Notes: generated from the sequence alone by a model not told the origin. DNA of 43,363 bases from a virus (IMGVR_UViG_3300049924_000085:1-43363), one strand, 5' to 3'. Counted from the stretch's first letter, positions 25,971 to 35,076 are shown. Numbers and translations are program-made.

Positions 25971-26134
25971 GCGGGGTCCGCTAATCCCTACCCCGCAGCC
26001 GTCAATTCCCGGACGTTAAAGGGCTGGACAGGGCTGACGCCGAGTCCGTAAGCTGACAGTCAGGCCCTCACTTGAGAGTGCAGGGCAGAGGCCGGCGCCT
26101 CTGCTGTGCGCTTTCGCACTGCCTGGAGTGTTCT

Positions 26135-26374
26135 ATGAACATCACCGCCAACGACGCCAAGCTGGCCAGCCAATTCTCGAAGGCCCTTGACGCACTCGTG
26201 CAGAAGTACGATGTGGCGTCCGCCAACGCGCTGGACGCCAGCCGCACGGTCCCGACCGTGCCGCGCTTCACGCACAAGTTCGTCAACGGCGTGCATGTCG
26301 TGTTCGACAACCGCTTCTACTGCAACGCCGAGGTCTTCCCGACCATGAAGGCAGTAAAAGCGGCACTGGAATGA
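26135..26374 (+). CDS. hypothetical early protein sharing a segment with the terminase
   Basis: GGAG RBS; 79 aa; contains LDASRTVP. Confidence 0.7.
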   Translation: MNITANDAKLASQFSKALDALVQKYDVASANALDASRTVPTVPRFTHKFVNGVHVVFDNRFYCNAEVFPTMKAVKAALE

Positions 26375-26631
26375 GGACCAGCACCGACGACCTGCTGATC
26401 AAGCAGGCCCGCGAGAAGATCGAGCACCGCTTGACCGGCGACGCCCGGACGTGGCTGGACCACCCGAGCACCGAACTCAGCACCGCCCTGTACAAGCGGG
26501 GCTACTGGACCTTCTACTGCGCCTTCGCGCTGCTGTACATCGTGATTCGTCAAATGCCAAAGGGCGACGGGTATGACGTGCGGCTCGTGTTCCGCGATCA
26601 AAGCCCCACCATGTCAGGAGTCGAAGAATGA
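26371..26631 (+). CDS. hypothetical protein
   Basis: ATGA-coupled; 86 aa. Confidence 0.65.
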   Translation: MRTSTDDLLIKQAREKIEHRLTGDARTWLDHPSTELSTALYKRGYWTFYCAFALLYIVIRQMPKGDGYDVRLVFRDQSPTMSGVEE

Positions 26632-27083
26632 CGCATCGTGACTACATCGAGTTGATCCTCGCCGGCCTGCGCGACATGCGGACCAACCGGCGGGATCGGG
26701 GATTGGGCATCTGCGGTAACCTGGACGAATACCTGCTGGAAACCGTCGGGGAGGACTTCGAGTTCCGCAGTATTCCGCCGGAGTTGCGCATGTGGGACGT
26801 GTTCTTCACTCTGGGGTACGACGCGTGGTACCCGGTGCTCGCGACCCGGGCAGAAGCCGACAAGTTGGGCTTCGCGCCGAAAAGCAAATTCGGGCAGAAC
26901 GACGACTTGGACGGCCACTACGCCGATGTTCCGCCTACCCAACGCGACCTGAACGAGTTCGTGTACGATCACACCCGCGATGTGTGGTCCGACGAGTACG
27001 GCGAGCGCCGGGCCGAACTGCTGGAGGTCGTGATCAAGCACTTCGAGGGCCTGCTGAGTGCAGACGTTCCTGCCGTACCCTGA
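26628..27083 (+). CDS. hypothetical protein
   Basis: 151 aa; 'GICGNL' and 'W..EYGERR.ELL' motifs seen in phage early proteins. Confidence 0.7.
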   Translation: MTHRDYIELILAGLRDMRTNRRDRGLGICGNLDEYLLETVGEDFEFRSIPPELRMWDVFFTLGYDAWYPVLATRAEADKLGFAPKSKFGQNDDLDGHYADVPPTQRDLNEFVYDHTRDVWSDEYGERRAELLEVVIKHFEGLLSADVPAVP

Positions 27084-27486
27084 CTTCCACAAGTCTATGC
27101 GCAGCCTGGACCCGCTGCGCCTCGGCAATCAGGTGTACAACGAGGGCATGGTCTTGTTCAACGGCGGCTGGCCACGGCATCCCGCGTCACTGATGTGGCG
27201 CGGGTACCGCAGTGCCCTCGCGCGCTACGTGCTGGCCGGAGTTGACGTGCTCCAAGAGCGCGGCAGCAGCGACGTGACCTACCTTCGTGCCAAGCTGAAA
27301 CCAGTTGCGGAGAAGGACCCCGCCCAGCCGAACTGGCTAGGCCAGCGGGCCTTTCACCGCTCCCACAAAAGCAACCTACTTCGCAAGGACCCGCGCTGGT
27401 ACCGCCAATTCAGGTGGGACTGCGGGTCCGAGCTACCCTACATCTGGCCCGCATCTGACCGGGCACACAAAGCGGAGTTCTACTGA
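27058..27486 (+). CDS. MSMEG_6728-family / pyrimidine-dimer glycosylase-like protein
   Basis: 'MQTFLPYPDF...LD..RLG.Q', 'GW..HPA..MWRGY', 'WLG...FH.SH.SNLLRKDP'. Confidence 0.85.
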   Translation: MQTFLPYPDFHKSMRSLDPLRLGNQVYNEGMVLFNGGWPRHPASLMWRGYRSALARYVLAGVDVLQERGSSDVTYLRAKLKPVAEKDPAQPNWLGQRAFHRSHKSNLLRKDPRWYRQFRWDCGSELPYIWPASDRAHKAEFY

Positions 27487-27587
27487 TGAGGAACAACCCA
27501 CTCGGCGCGCTCATGTACGCCGGCCCGACGAGCCTGATCCGCCGCAACGAGTACCGCCTGATCGAGGTCTTGAGGCGGCATCCATGA
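27486..27587 (+). CDS. 33-aa hypothetical protein
   Basis: Start/stop overlaps at both ends. Confidence 0.45.
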   Translation: MRNNPLGALMYAGPTSLIRRNEYRLIEVLRRHP

Positions 27588-28462
27588 CCAAGGATGACCT
27601 TCGCGCCGTAGGGGAAACCCTGCGGGACGGCGGCCGGGTTCGGGTGAGCCACGGCTGCGGCGAAGGCAAGACGATGCTGGTCAGCCGCGAGGGTCCGAGG
27701 GTCCGCGGCTGGTGCTTCCGCTGCGCCGAGGGCCTGGGCGTCGAGCTTGCACTGAGCATCAGCGAGAACGTGCTGCGGGTCCAGCAGGCCCAGTTCCAAG
27801 CCGCCGACGCCCAGTTCGACGGCGACCAGGAGTTGCCGCCTGCGGACCCCGACATGTCCCGCTGGCCGCTGGTGTCCCGCCTGTGGCTCCTGAAGGCCGG
27901 GCTGGCCGAGGATGCCTGCCGCTGGCTTGAGGTCGGCTGGTCGCAGGACATGCAGCGCACGGTGCTGCCGCTGCGCGACCGCTACGGCTTCGTCGTGTCC
28001 TGGACCGCCCGGGCGCACGATGGTCGGACGCCCAAGTACCTGACCGGCCACCTCCCCGAGGGCTTCGTGGCCGAGTTCCCTGGTGGCGCCGGCTCGGGCC
28101 GCCCGGTGGTGACCGAGGACTGGCTCAGCGCCTGTAAGCTGGGCTGGCACGGCATCCACACCATCAGCATGCTGGGCACCTACGCGAAGCCCGCGACCCT
28201 GCTGCGCCTGCTGGAATTCAAGGAGCCCTTCGTATGGCTGGACAACGACTTGCCCCCGAAGCACCGGGTCAACTGGGGGCAGCACCACGCGGCGAAGCTG
28301 TGCAAGGCCCTGCGGGCTCTCGGCTCGCGGCCGATCAACGTGGTGAGCGACCAGGAGCCCAAGCAACTGGACCGAGGGGCGATCATCGTCACTCTTGCCC
28401 GCAGTGCGGCGAACCGCACACCCTCAGTCAGTGCCCCCGATGGAGAGTCCGCTAATGGATGA
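27584..28462 (+). CDS. DNA primase
   Basis: Zn finger 'H.C...CFRC'; TOPRIM 'VVTED.LSA', 'LGT', 'WLDND'. Confidence 0.9.
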   Translation: MTKDDLRAVGETLRDGGRVRVSHGCGEGKTMLVSREGPRVRGWCFRCAEGLGVELALSISENVLRVQQAQFQAADAQFDGDQELPPADPDMSRWPLVSRLWLLKAGLAEDACRWLEVGWSQDMQRTVLPLRDRYGFVVSWTARAHDGRTPKYLTGHLPEGFVAEFPGGAGSGRPVVTEDWLSACKLGWHGIHTISMLGTYAKPATLLRLLEFKEPFVWLDNDLPPKHRVNWGQHHAAKLCKALRALGSRPINVVSDQEPKQLDRGAIIVTLARSAANRTPSVSAPDGESANG

Positions 28463-29753
28463 ATCAACCCTGGACCTGACGGTCCTTCGCCTGCTGCGCG
28501 ACCGCAACAAGCTCGACCGCTTGTTCCCGGCCGTGTCCGAGACGGCGGTGGACCCGAAGACCTACGCCATCCTGAAGGCGTACAAGCGTTGGTTCAAGGA
28601 GCACGATGGCGTCAAGGCCATCGAGGCCCCGGACTTCCTGCGCTGGTTCAAGACGGTGAACCCGAAGATGAAGGCTGACGAGATGTCAGTGTTCACTCAC
28701 GTCCTGAAGAAGGCCGCCGAGCCCGCGGACCCGAAGCTGGAGGACGGCCTGCTCAAGCGGCTGGCCGCGTCCGCATCGGCCGCCGCGCTGGCGAAGGGCC
28801 TTGCGGCCTATGCGGACGGCGAGGAGGTTGACTTCCGCTCGCTGGTCAGCGGCACCCTGGACGACTATGACCGGGTGAGCGGCACGCACATCAAGCCGGA
28901 CCAAGTGTTGACTCCCATCGGCCAGATTCTGGACGTGGAGGAGAACGACATCGGCTTCGACTGGCCGCTGGATGTGATCAACAACAGCGTCAAGCCGATG
29001 CGCCCTGGCGACTTCGCTGGCCTCGCCGCCAGCGTGGACGCAGGCAAGACCACCACGGTGGCGCACATCGCGACGCACTGGGCCAGGCAAGTGGACCGAC
29101 TGTTCCCCGGCGAGGAGCGCAGCATCCTGTGGCTGTGCAACGAGGGCCCGGGTGACAACATCGTGCTGCGCTGCTGGCAAAGCGCGTGCAACTGGACCAT
29201 CGAGGACATGGCGAAGGCCCGCAAGGCCGGTGGCGAGGAGGCGTTGCGCGCTGCGTACCGCATGGCCCTGGGCGGCCGGGCCGGCGCGCTGCGCGTCTTC
29301 GAGATTCACGGGCGCAACTCGGCCTACGTCGAGGGCCTGTTCCGGAAGTTCAAGCCGGCGGCGGTGATCTTCGACATGATCGACAACGTGGAGTTCTCCG
29401 GCAAGGCCAACGATGGCGGGGAGCGCACGGACCAGATTCTCGAAGCCAAGTACCAGTGGGCCCGCCTCCTGGGCGTCAAGTACACCTGCGCGATCCTGGC
29501 GACGAGTCAGCTATCCGTGGACGGCTTCGGCCTTCAGTACCCGCTCCAGCACATGCTGAAGGACAGCAAGGTCGGCAAGCAAGGCTCGATGGACGTGCTG
29601 ATGACGCTCGGCAAGGTCGCCGATCCCAACATGGCGGCGTTCCGATACCTCGGCGCCCCGAAGAACAAGCGCCGCCGTGCTGGCGCACCACCCCTCATGG
29701 CCGAAGTCATCTTCGATGGCGACAGGGCCCGACTCAGGAGTTCCCAGGAATGA
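28455..29753 (+). CDS. replicative DNA helicase (DnaB-like)
   Basis: Walker A 'ASVDAGKTT', 'NEG', 'VIFDMID', 'TSQLS', 'SKVGKQG', 'PKNK'. Confidence 0.93.
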   Translation: MDESTLDLTVLRLLRDRNKLDRLFPAVSETAVDPKTYAILKAYKRWFKEHDGVKAIEAPDFLRWFKTVNPKMKADEMSVFTHVLKKAAEPADPKLEDGLLKRLAASASAAALAKGLAAYADGEEVDFRSLVSGTLDDYDRVSGTHIKPDQVLTPIGQILDVEENDIGFDWPLDVINNSVKPMRPGDFAGLAASVDAGKTTTVAHIATHWARQVDRLFPGEERSILWLCNEGPGDNIVLRCWQSACNWTIEDMAKARKAGGEEALRAAYRMALGGRAGALRVFEIHGRNSAYVEGLFRKFKPAAVIFDMIDNVEFSGKANDGGERTDQILEAKYQWARLLGVKYTCAILATSQLSVDGFGLQYPLQHMLKDSKVGKQGSMDVLMTLGKVADPNMAAFRYLGAPKNKRRRAGAPPLMAEVIFDGDRARLRSSQE

Positions 29754-30199
29754 CCCGCTTCTACGCAGCCACCGTCGCGCAGTCCATCACCACGATCCGC
29801 ATCCCGACCGACGCCTACACGTTCAAGGTGCCAGCCAAGGCGCCCTGGTACGTGGCCTGGGTGGCGGGCAAGGCGTGGGCCCTGCTGCACAAGCTGAAGG
29901 CCCTGGCGTTCCACTTCGACCTGAAGGACACGTACACCACCGTCCACATCGACACGGATGACGTGATCCGCCGCCTGATGGAGAGCCACCGCGCCGTTCA
30001 GGACAGCCTGGGCTACGGCGGCGAGGTCTTGCTGATCGGGGCCGAGGACTTCCGGGAACTGATGGGCCACCCGCACCTGATGGAGTCGCACCAGTTCGTC
30101 GCGGAGTACAGCTACTCCCGCCGGCTGATGGGCCTGACCGTCTGCATCATCCCGCAGATGACGGGCATGGTCGTCGTCCGGCGGAACCAACTGGCGTGA
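29750..30199 (+). CDS. hypothetical protein
   Basis: AGGAG RBS; ATGA overlap; 149 aa. Confidence 0.7.
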   Translation: MTRFYAATVAQSITTIRIPTDAYTFKVPAKAPWYVAWVAGKAWALLHKLKALAFHFDLKDTYTTVHIDTDDVIRRLMESHRAVQDSLGYGGEVLLIGAEDFRELMGHPHLMESHQFVAEYSYSRRLMGLTVCIIPQMTGMVVVRRNQLA

Positions 30200-30390
30200 A
30201 GCGACGGACCGTCACCCTGCAACCGTCCCGCAAGGCGACGGACCCCGAACTGGAGGCCCGCCGCAAGCGGGACCCTGACATGCCCGAGCCCGTGCTCTGG
30301 GTCGTCTTCGACAGCATGGGCACCAGCTTCTGGGACGACAACCCGGAGGGTGCGACCGCGCTGGCGAAGCAGTATCACAGGATGAAGTGA
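30196..30390 (+). CDS. hypothetical protein
   Basis: 64 aa; coupled at both ends. Confidence 0.6.
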   Translation: MKRRTVTLQPSRKATDPELEARRKRDPDMPEPVLWVVFDSMGTSFWDDNPEGATALAKQYHRMK

Positions 30391-30866
30391 TGAACCAATG
30401 CGACCTCCCGAGCCTGTTACACATTCTGCGACGGCTGCCGCCGGGGGTGGGTTTCACGACTCGCCGTCCGACTGGTGTCATGATCCGGCACCTTGCCACC
30501 GTGGCGGGACTGGAGCAGATCGGCACAGGGGCATACGCTAGGGTGTACGAGTGGTCACCGGGCTGGGTGTTACGCATCAGCACGTCCAAGGATGACGGCC
30601 ACCGGCACTACGCCAAGCTCGCCATGCGGTACGGCAAGCCCTGGATGCCGGTCATCCGGGACTACCACAAGGCCGGCGGCTTCCACGTCGCCGTGATCGA
30701 GCGCCTGCACCGCCAGCGGACCCGCGGCAGAGCGAACGCGGAGGAACTGGAGTGGCTAGAGAAGCACAGGCCGAAGACCGTCCGACGAGACATCCACAGC
30801 AGCAACATCATGCGCCGCGAGAACGGCACCTACGTCATCACCGACCCTTGGAGTCACCGATCATGA
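30390..30866 (+). CDS. miniature protein kinase-like protein (T7 gp0.7 kinase-domain-like)
   Basis: 'IGTGAYARVY', 'DIHSSNIM', 'VITDP'. Confidence 0.78.
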   Translation: MNQCDLPSLLHILRRLPPGVGFTTRRPTGVMIRHLATVAGLEQIGTGAYARVYEWSPGWVLRISTSKDDGHRHYAKLAMRYGKPWMPVIRDYHKAGGFHVAVIERLHRQRTRGRANAEELEWLEKHRPKTVRRDIHSSNIMRRENGTYVITDPWSHRS

Positions 30867-31036
30867 ACATTCCCGGCATCATCGCCAGCGCGCAAGCCCT
30901 GGGGTCCGACATGTCAGCCCTGCCGGCAGAGCAACTCGTCACCACCGCGGGCTCGACGGCTAAGCTGGCGCAGGTCGTGCTGGCCTTGGCCCGCCGCATC
31001 CAGATGCTCGACGTGAACAAGGGGCAAGTGCAGTGA
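30863..31036 (+). CDS. hypothetical protein
   Basis: GGAG RBS; 57 aa. Confidence 0.6.
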   Translation: MNIPGIIASAQALGSDMSALPAEQLVTTAGSTAKLAQVVLALARRIQMLDVNKGQVQ

Positions 31037-31476
31037 AGCTCTACCTGATCGGCTCCCTGCGCAACACGGCCGTGCCGATGCTGGCCGAGGAACTGCGCGC
31101 CCGACTCCCGGACTGGGTGATCTTCGATGACTGGTACGCCGCCGGGCCCGAGGCGGATGACAAGTGGCAAGCCTACGAGAAGGCCCGCGGCCACGACTTC
31201 ATCACCGCGCTCGACGGCCACGCCGCGAACCACGTGTATGAGTTCGACAAGCACCACCTGGACACCGCCGACGCCGTGGTCCTGGTCATGCCGGCCGGCA
31301 AGTCCGGGCACCTGGAGTTCGGGTACTGCATCGGCCGTGGCATCCCCGGGTTCATCCTGATAGACGGCGAGCCCGAGCGGTTCGACGTGATGTACCGCTT
31401 CGCCACCGAGGTTGTCAAGACCGCGGAGGACCTGATCGGCGCCATCAAGGACAACGTGCCCGAGGATAGGTTCTGA
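31033..31476 (+). CDS. nucleoside 2-deoxyribosyltransferase-like (N-glycosidase fold) protein
   Basis: 'KLYLIGS...D...LDTADAVVLV.PAGKSGHLEFGY..G.G.P' with the conserved Glu. Confidence 0.78.
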   Translation: MKLYLIGSLRNTAVPMLAEELRARLPDWVIFDDWYAAGPEADDKWQAYEKARGHDFITALDGHAANHVYEFDKHHLDTADAVVLVMPAGKSGHLEFGYCIGRGIPGFILIDGEPERFDVMYRFATEVVKTAEDLIGAIKDNVPEDRF

Positions 31477-31644
31477 TGGCGAAGTACGAAATCCTGAAGG
31501 CCGTCGAGTACGACAAGCTGTCGGCGGACATGAAGAAGAAGTACCCGAACGTGCAAGCCCGCCCGCCGCATCCGCTACAGCGTGATGCAGTGTGGCGACA
31601 CCGTGTTCATGCACCCTGACCTGATCAAGAGGCTGCCCAGATGA
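31476..31644 (+). pseudogene. small gene with apparent frameshift
   Basis: ATG 31476 frame stops at 31619; the +1 frame after GCCCGCCCGCC reads RRIRYSVMQCGDTVFMHPDLIKRLPR* and ends in an ATGA overlap with the polymerase. Confidence 0.5.
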
Positions 31645-33983
31645 AGCGAGAGCGTATCGTCGCCCTGGACATAGAGACAGGGATCAACGGCGGCGAGAAC
31701 CCGTTCGCGGACACCCGGGACGTGGTGTCCTGCGGATGGCAGGACCAAGGCGGGCAGGTCATCACCACCTACGACGAGCACGAGTTTCATCGGGGGACGC
31801 TGACGAGACTGCTAGCAGGGACCAAGGTTCTGATCACGTTCAACGGCAAGTTCGACGTGCAGCACCTGACGCACTGGCCCGAGGACTACGCCGCGTGGCA
31901 GGACTTCGTGGCCGAGGGCGGCGTGCTGTGGGATTGCCAGCTTGCGGAGTACCTACTGCGCGGCATGCACCCGGAGGTCCACTACCTGTCCCTCAATGAG
32001 GTCAGCGCGACCTACGGCGGAGACCAGAAGATCGACGCCATCGCAGAACTGTGGGCCGCCGGTGTGCAGACACGGGACATCGACCGTGACCTGTTGCTGG
32101 AGTACCTGACCGGGGACGTAAAGAACACCCGGCTGATCTTCGAGAAGCAGATCGCCGTGGCCCGGGAGCGCGGGCAACTGAAGTCCCTGCTGGTGAACTT
32201 CGGCGCTCTGTGCTGCTCCATCGAGATGGAACGCAACGGCATGTTCGTGGACCGCGAGCTTGCCGAGGAGAAGCGCGAGGTCCTGGCCGCCGAGGTTGTG
32301 ACCCTGAAGGCCGGGCTCGAAGAGTACGTCCCGGCCGCGGTGAAGTCCGTCTTCAACTGGGGCAGTCGCTACCACAAGTCCGCGCTGTTGTTTGGCGGTG
32401 TGGTCAAGGTGCCCGGGTACGAGTACGACCTGAAGTCGGGCCTCACTACGATGGAAGAGCCCGGCCCCGACAGCCAGTTCCGTGCCGAGGAATACGCCTA
32501 CGCTCAGAAGACCGAGAAGCACTGGCTGCTGGAAGACGGTAGCACGGTCAGCTTTGAGCAGCACCTGATTGAGAGCCCGGCCCGGCCCATCTCCCGCTTC
32601 AAGAGCGGCATCAACGCTGGTGAGTTCAAGACCAAGAACGTCACGACCGACGACTACACCAAGCCCAAGGGCCGCAAGGTGGACGTGCCGCACACGCTGC
32701 CCGGCCACATCGACCCGCTGCCTGAGTGGGCGTCCAGCCCTCCGGGCGTGTACAAGGTGGGCTCTGAGGTCATGGAAGTCCTGGAGGGGTCCAAGATTCC
32801 CTTCGTCGCTACGCTGGTGCGCTACACCGGCGCGGCCAAGGACCTCGGCACCTACTTCTGGGTCGAGGCCGAGGACGGCACCCGCACGGGGATGCTGACC
32901 AAGGTAGGAGCGGACGGGCTGATCCATCACAAGATCAACCACGTCACCGTGGTCACGGGCCGGCTGTCCAGCAGCGACCCGAACTTGCAGAACCTGCCCC
33001 GCAAGGACAAGAGCACGGTCAAGTACATCTTCCGCAGCCGCTTTTCCGGCGGCAGCATCGGCCAGTCGGACTTCTCCTCGCTGGAGGTATACGTCCAGGC
33101 CATGCTGACGCGGGCCAAGGTGCTGACCGAGGCGCTGAAGAAGGGCCTGGACGTTCACGTGCTGAAGCTCAGCCTGTCCAAGCTCGGCGAGGGCAAGTCC
33201 TACGACGAGTTGCTGTCCTTGTGCAAGGGTCCCAACGCCACGCCGGAGTGGAAAGAGAAGCGCACCCAGTCCAAGGAAATCTCCTTCCAGGACGCCTACG
33301 GGGCTGGCCCGGCGAAGATCGCCAAGACCACCGGCATGTCAGTCGAGGACGTGATCGCGTTCCAGTCCGCTGACCGTGAGGCGAACCCGGAGATTGGCAG
33401 CTTCTTCGAGAGCCTGCACAAGGCCCTGGTCACGAGCCGCCAACCGCACGGCGAGGCGACCCCTCACCCGGAAGTGGCTGGCGTGATCTGCCACCTGGGC
33501 CGGGGCGAGTACATCACCCCAGACGGCAAGCGGTACGGCTTCACGGAGCGCCCCGCGCTGCGATACCAGACCGAGCAAGGCATCAACCAGAACTTCTCCC
33601 CGACCGAGGAGAAGAACTACGTGGTGCAGGGCACGGGCGGGGAGATTGCGAAGATGGCGATGTGGATCGCCGTGCGGGAGTTCTACCGGCACCGCAACTT
33701 CGACCACGGCGCGCTGCTGGTCAACCAAGTCCACGACGCGGTGTACATCGACGCCGCCCTGGGCAAGAAGGAGCAAGCACTCATGACTCTGCATGCTTGC
33801 ATGCTGGCGGCGAGCCCCGCTTACGAGCGGTACTTCGACTGGCAGCTTGGCATCCACGTCCCGGCCGAGACGACCTACGGTGACTCCCTGGCTGACGAGA
33901 ATGCGGCTGCGCTGCCCGAGAAAGCCTCCATGCAGTACATGGTGGACGCCATCGTGAACCGCTACTTCAAGGAACGCAAATGA
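31641..33983 (+). CDS. DNA polymerase, family A
   Basis: Exo 'LDIET', 'FNGKFD'; 'TGRLSSSDPNLQN'; motif A 'SDFSSLEV'; motif B 'RTQSKEISFQDAYG'; motif C 'VHDAV'. Confidence 0.96.
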   Translation: MKRERIVALDIETGINGGENPFADTRDVVSCGWQDQGGQVITTYDEHEFHRGTLTRLLAGTKVLITFNGKFDVQHLTHWPEDYAAWQDFVAEGGVLWDCQLAEYLLRGMHPEVHYLSLNEVSATYGGDQKIDAIAELWAAGVQTRDIDRDLLLEYLTGDVKNTRLIFEKQIAVARERGQLKSLLVNFGALCCSIEMERNGMFVDRELAEEKREVLAAEVVTLKAGLEEYVPAAVKSVFNWGSRYHKSALLFGGVVKVPGYEYDLKSGLTTMEEPGPDSQFRAEEYAYAQKTEKHWLLEDGSTVSFEQHLIESPARPISRFKSGINAGEFKTKNVTTDDYTKPKGRKVDVPHTLPGHIDPLPEWASSPPGVYKVGSEVMEVLEGSKIPFVATLVRYTGAAKDLGTYFWVEAEDGTRTGMLTKVGADGLIHHKINHVTVVTGRLSSSDPNLQNLPRKDKSTVKYIFRSRFSGGSIGQSDFSSLEVYVQAMLTRAKVLTEALKKGLDVHVLKLSLSKLGEGKSYDELLSLCKGPNATPEWKEKRTQSKEISFQDAYGAGPAKIAKTTGMSVEDVIAFQSADREANPEIGSFFESLHKALVTSRQPHGEATPHPEVAGVICHLGRGEYITPDGKRYGFTERPALRYQTEQGINQNFSPTEEKNYVVQGTGGEIAKMAMWIAVREFYRHRNFDHGALLVNQVHDAVYIDAALGKKEQALMTLHACMLAASPAYERYFDWQLGIHVPAETTYGDSLADENAAALPEKASMQYMVDAIVNRYFKERK

Positions 33984-34252
33984 CACCGCAAGTTGTGTTT
34001 TGCGACATGGGCGTTGGCTGTGAGGAGTCCGGCGTGTGCTACGCTGTTGCCCACGGCGAACCCGGCCGCTGCGGCCTCCGGCCCCTGCTGGCCGGCAACG
34101 TGATCCCGCTTCGCCTCGCGGACAATGCCCCGGCGCACAAGCAGACTGACCCGAACAAGGCACCCGGCCAGATCGTGAACCCGATCCCCGAGGCCCTGTT
34201 GTACAAGCCCGCCCACGGCGGGTATCCCTCTCCTTCCAAGGACCAAGCATGA
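33980..34252 (+). CDS. hypothetical protein, Cys-rich N-terminus
   Basis: ATGA overlaps at both ends; 90 aa. Confidence 0.6.
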   Translation: MTPQVVFCDMGVGCEESGVCYAVAHGEPGRCGLRPLLAGNVIPLRLADNAPAHKQTDPNKAPGQIVNPIPEALLYKPAHGGYPSPSKDQA

Positions 34253-35076
34253 CGAACAAGTTCCAGAACGTTGGCGCTGCCGCCGCCTCAGCCGGTGCGG
34301 ACATGACCAAGACGACCAAGGGCGGCGGCGATGGCCCGAAGGCCCCGGCCGCTGGCATGTGCCGCCTGCGCCTCGTCGGCTACGTCGAACTGGGCGTGCA
34401 GAAGATCACGTTCCAAGGCGTGGACCAAGAGAAGCCGCGCTTCAAGCTGATCTTCGAGTTGTCCGGCAAGAACCATCAGCCGCGTGACTTCGACGGCAAG
34501 AAGCAGCCGTGGCTGATGGAGGTCGAGGAGACGCTGAGCCGCAGCGAGAAGGCCAACGCGACCAAGCTGTTCGCCGCGATGAACCACGAAGGCAAGCACA
34601 ACCACTTCGCCCAGATGCTCGGCGAGGCGTTCCTCGGCGAGGTCGTGCACCGCAAGTACCCGCGCCGCTCGGACGACAAGTCCAAGCCGGAATCGTGGAC
34701 CGGCCTCGCCGCCGAATTCCGCGCCAAGGGCCAGCCGTACACCATCCGTGCGCCCAAGGTGTACAACGCCACGACCGAGGAGATGGACGTGGTGAAGGTG
34801 GACCCGGCGCTCACGCCGCTGCGCTGCTTCGTCTGGGACTTTGCGGACCAGGAGCAGTGGGACTCGTTGTTCATCGACGGCACCTACCCCGAGATCAAGG
34901 ACGATGCCGGCAAGGTCATCCTGCCGGAGCGCACCCGCAATGTGCTGCAAGCCAAGATCAAGGCGGCCGTGAACTTCGAGGGCTCTCCGCTGGACGCGCT
35001 GCTCCAAGGCGTGACCAAGCCGGCCGCTGACGAGGCTGGCATGGTGGGCCTGGACGACGACGACATTCCGTTCTGA
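34249..35076 (+). CDS. putative ssDNA-binding/replication protein
   Basis: phiKMV-type post-polymerase gene ('RLVGYVELG', 'FELSG'); acidic tail 'DDDDIPF'. Confidence 0.7.
   Translation: MTNKFQNVGAAAASAGADMTKTTKGGGDGPKAPAAGMCRLRLVGYVELGVQKITFQGVDQEKPRFKLIFELSGKNHQPRDFDGKKQPWLMEVEETLSRSEKANATKLFAAMNHEGKHNHFAQMLGEAFLGEVVHRKYPRRSDDKSKPESWTGLAAEFRAKGQPYTIRAPKVYNATTEEMDVVKVDPALTPLRCFVWDFADQEQWDSLFIDGTYPEIKDDAGKVILPERTRNVLQAKIKAAVNFEGSPLDALLQGVTKPAADEAGMVGLDDDDIPF

Noticed and set aside
26000-26068. Pistol ribozyme resemblance (CGTC..GACGTTAAA...TAAGC)
   Set aside because: The P1 loop has no downstream complement for the required pseudoknot.
32380-32700. Intein or intron in the DNA polymerase
   Set aside because: Continuous ORF of ordinary length, without intein C/S...HN ends or homing-endonuclease motifs.
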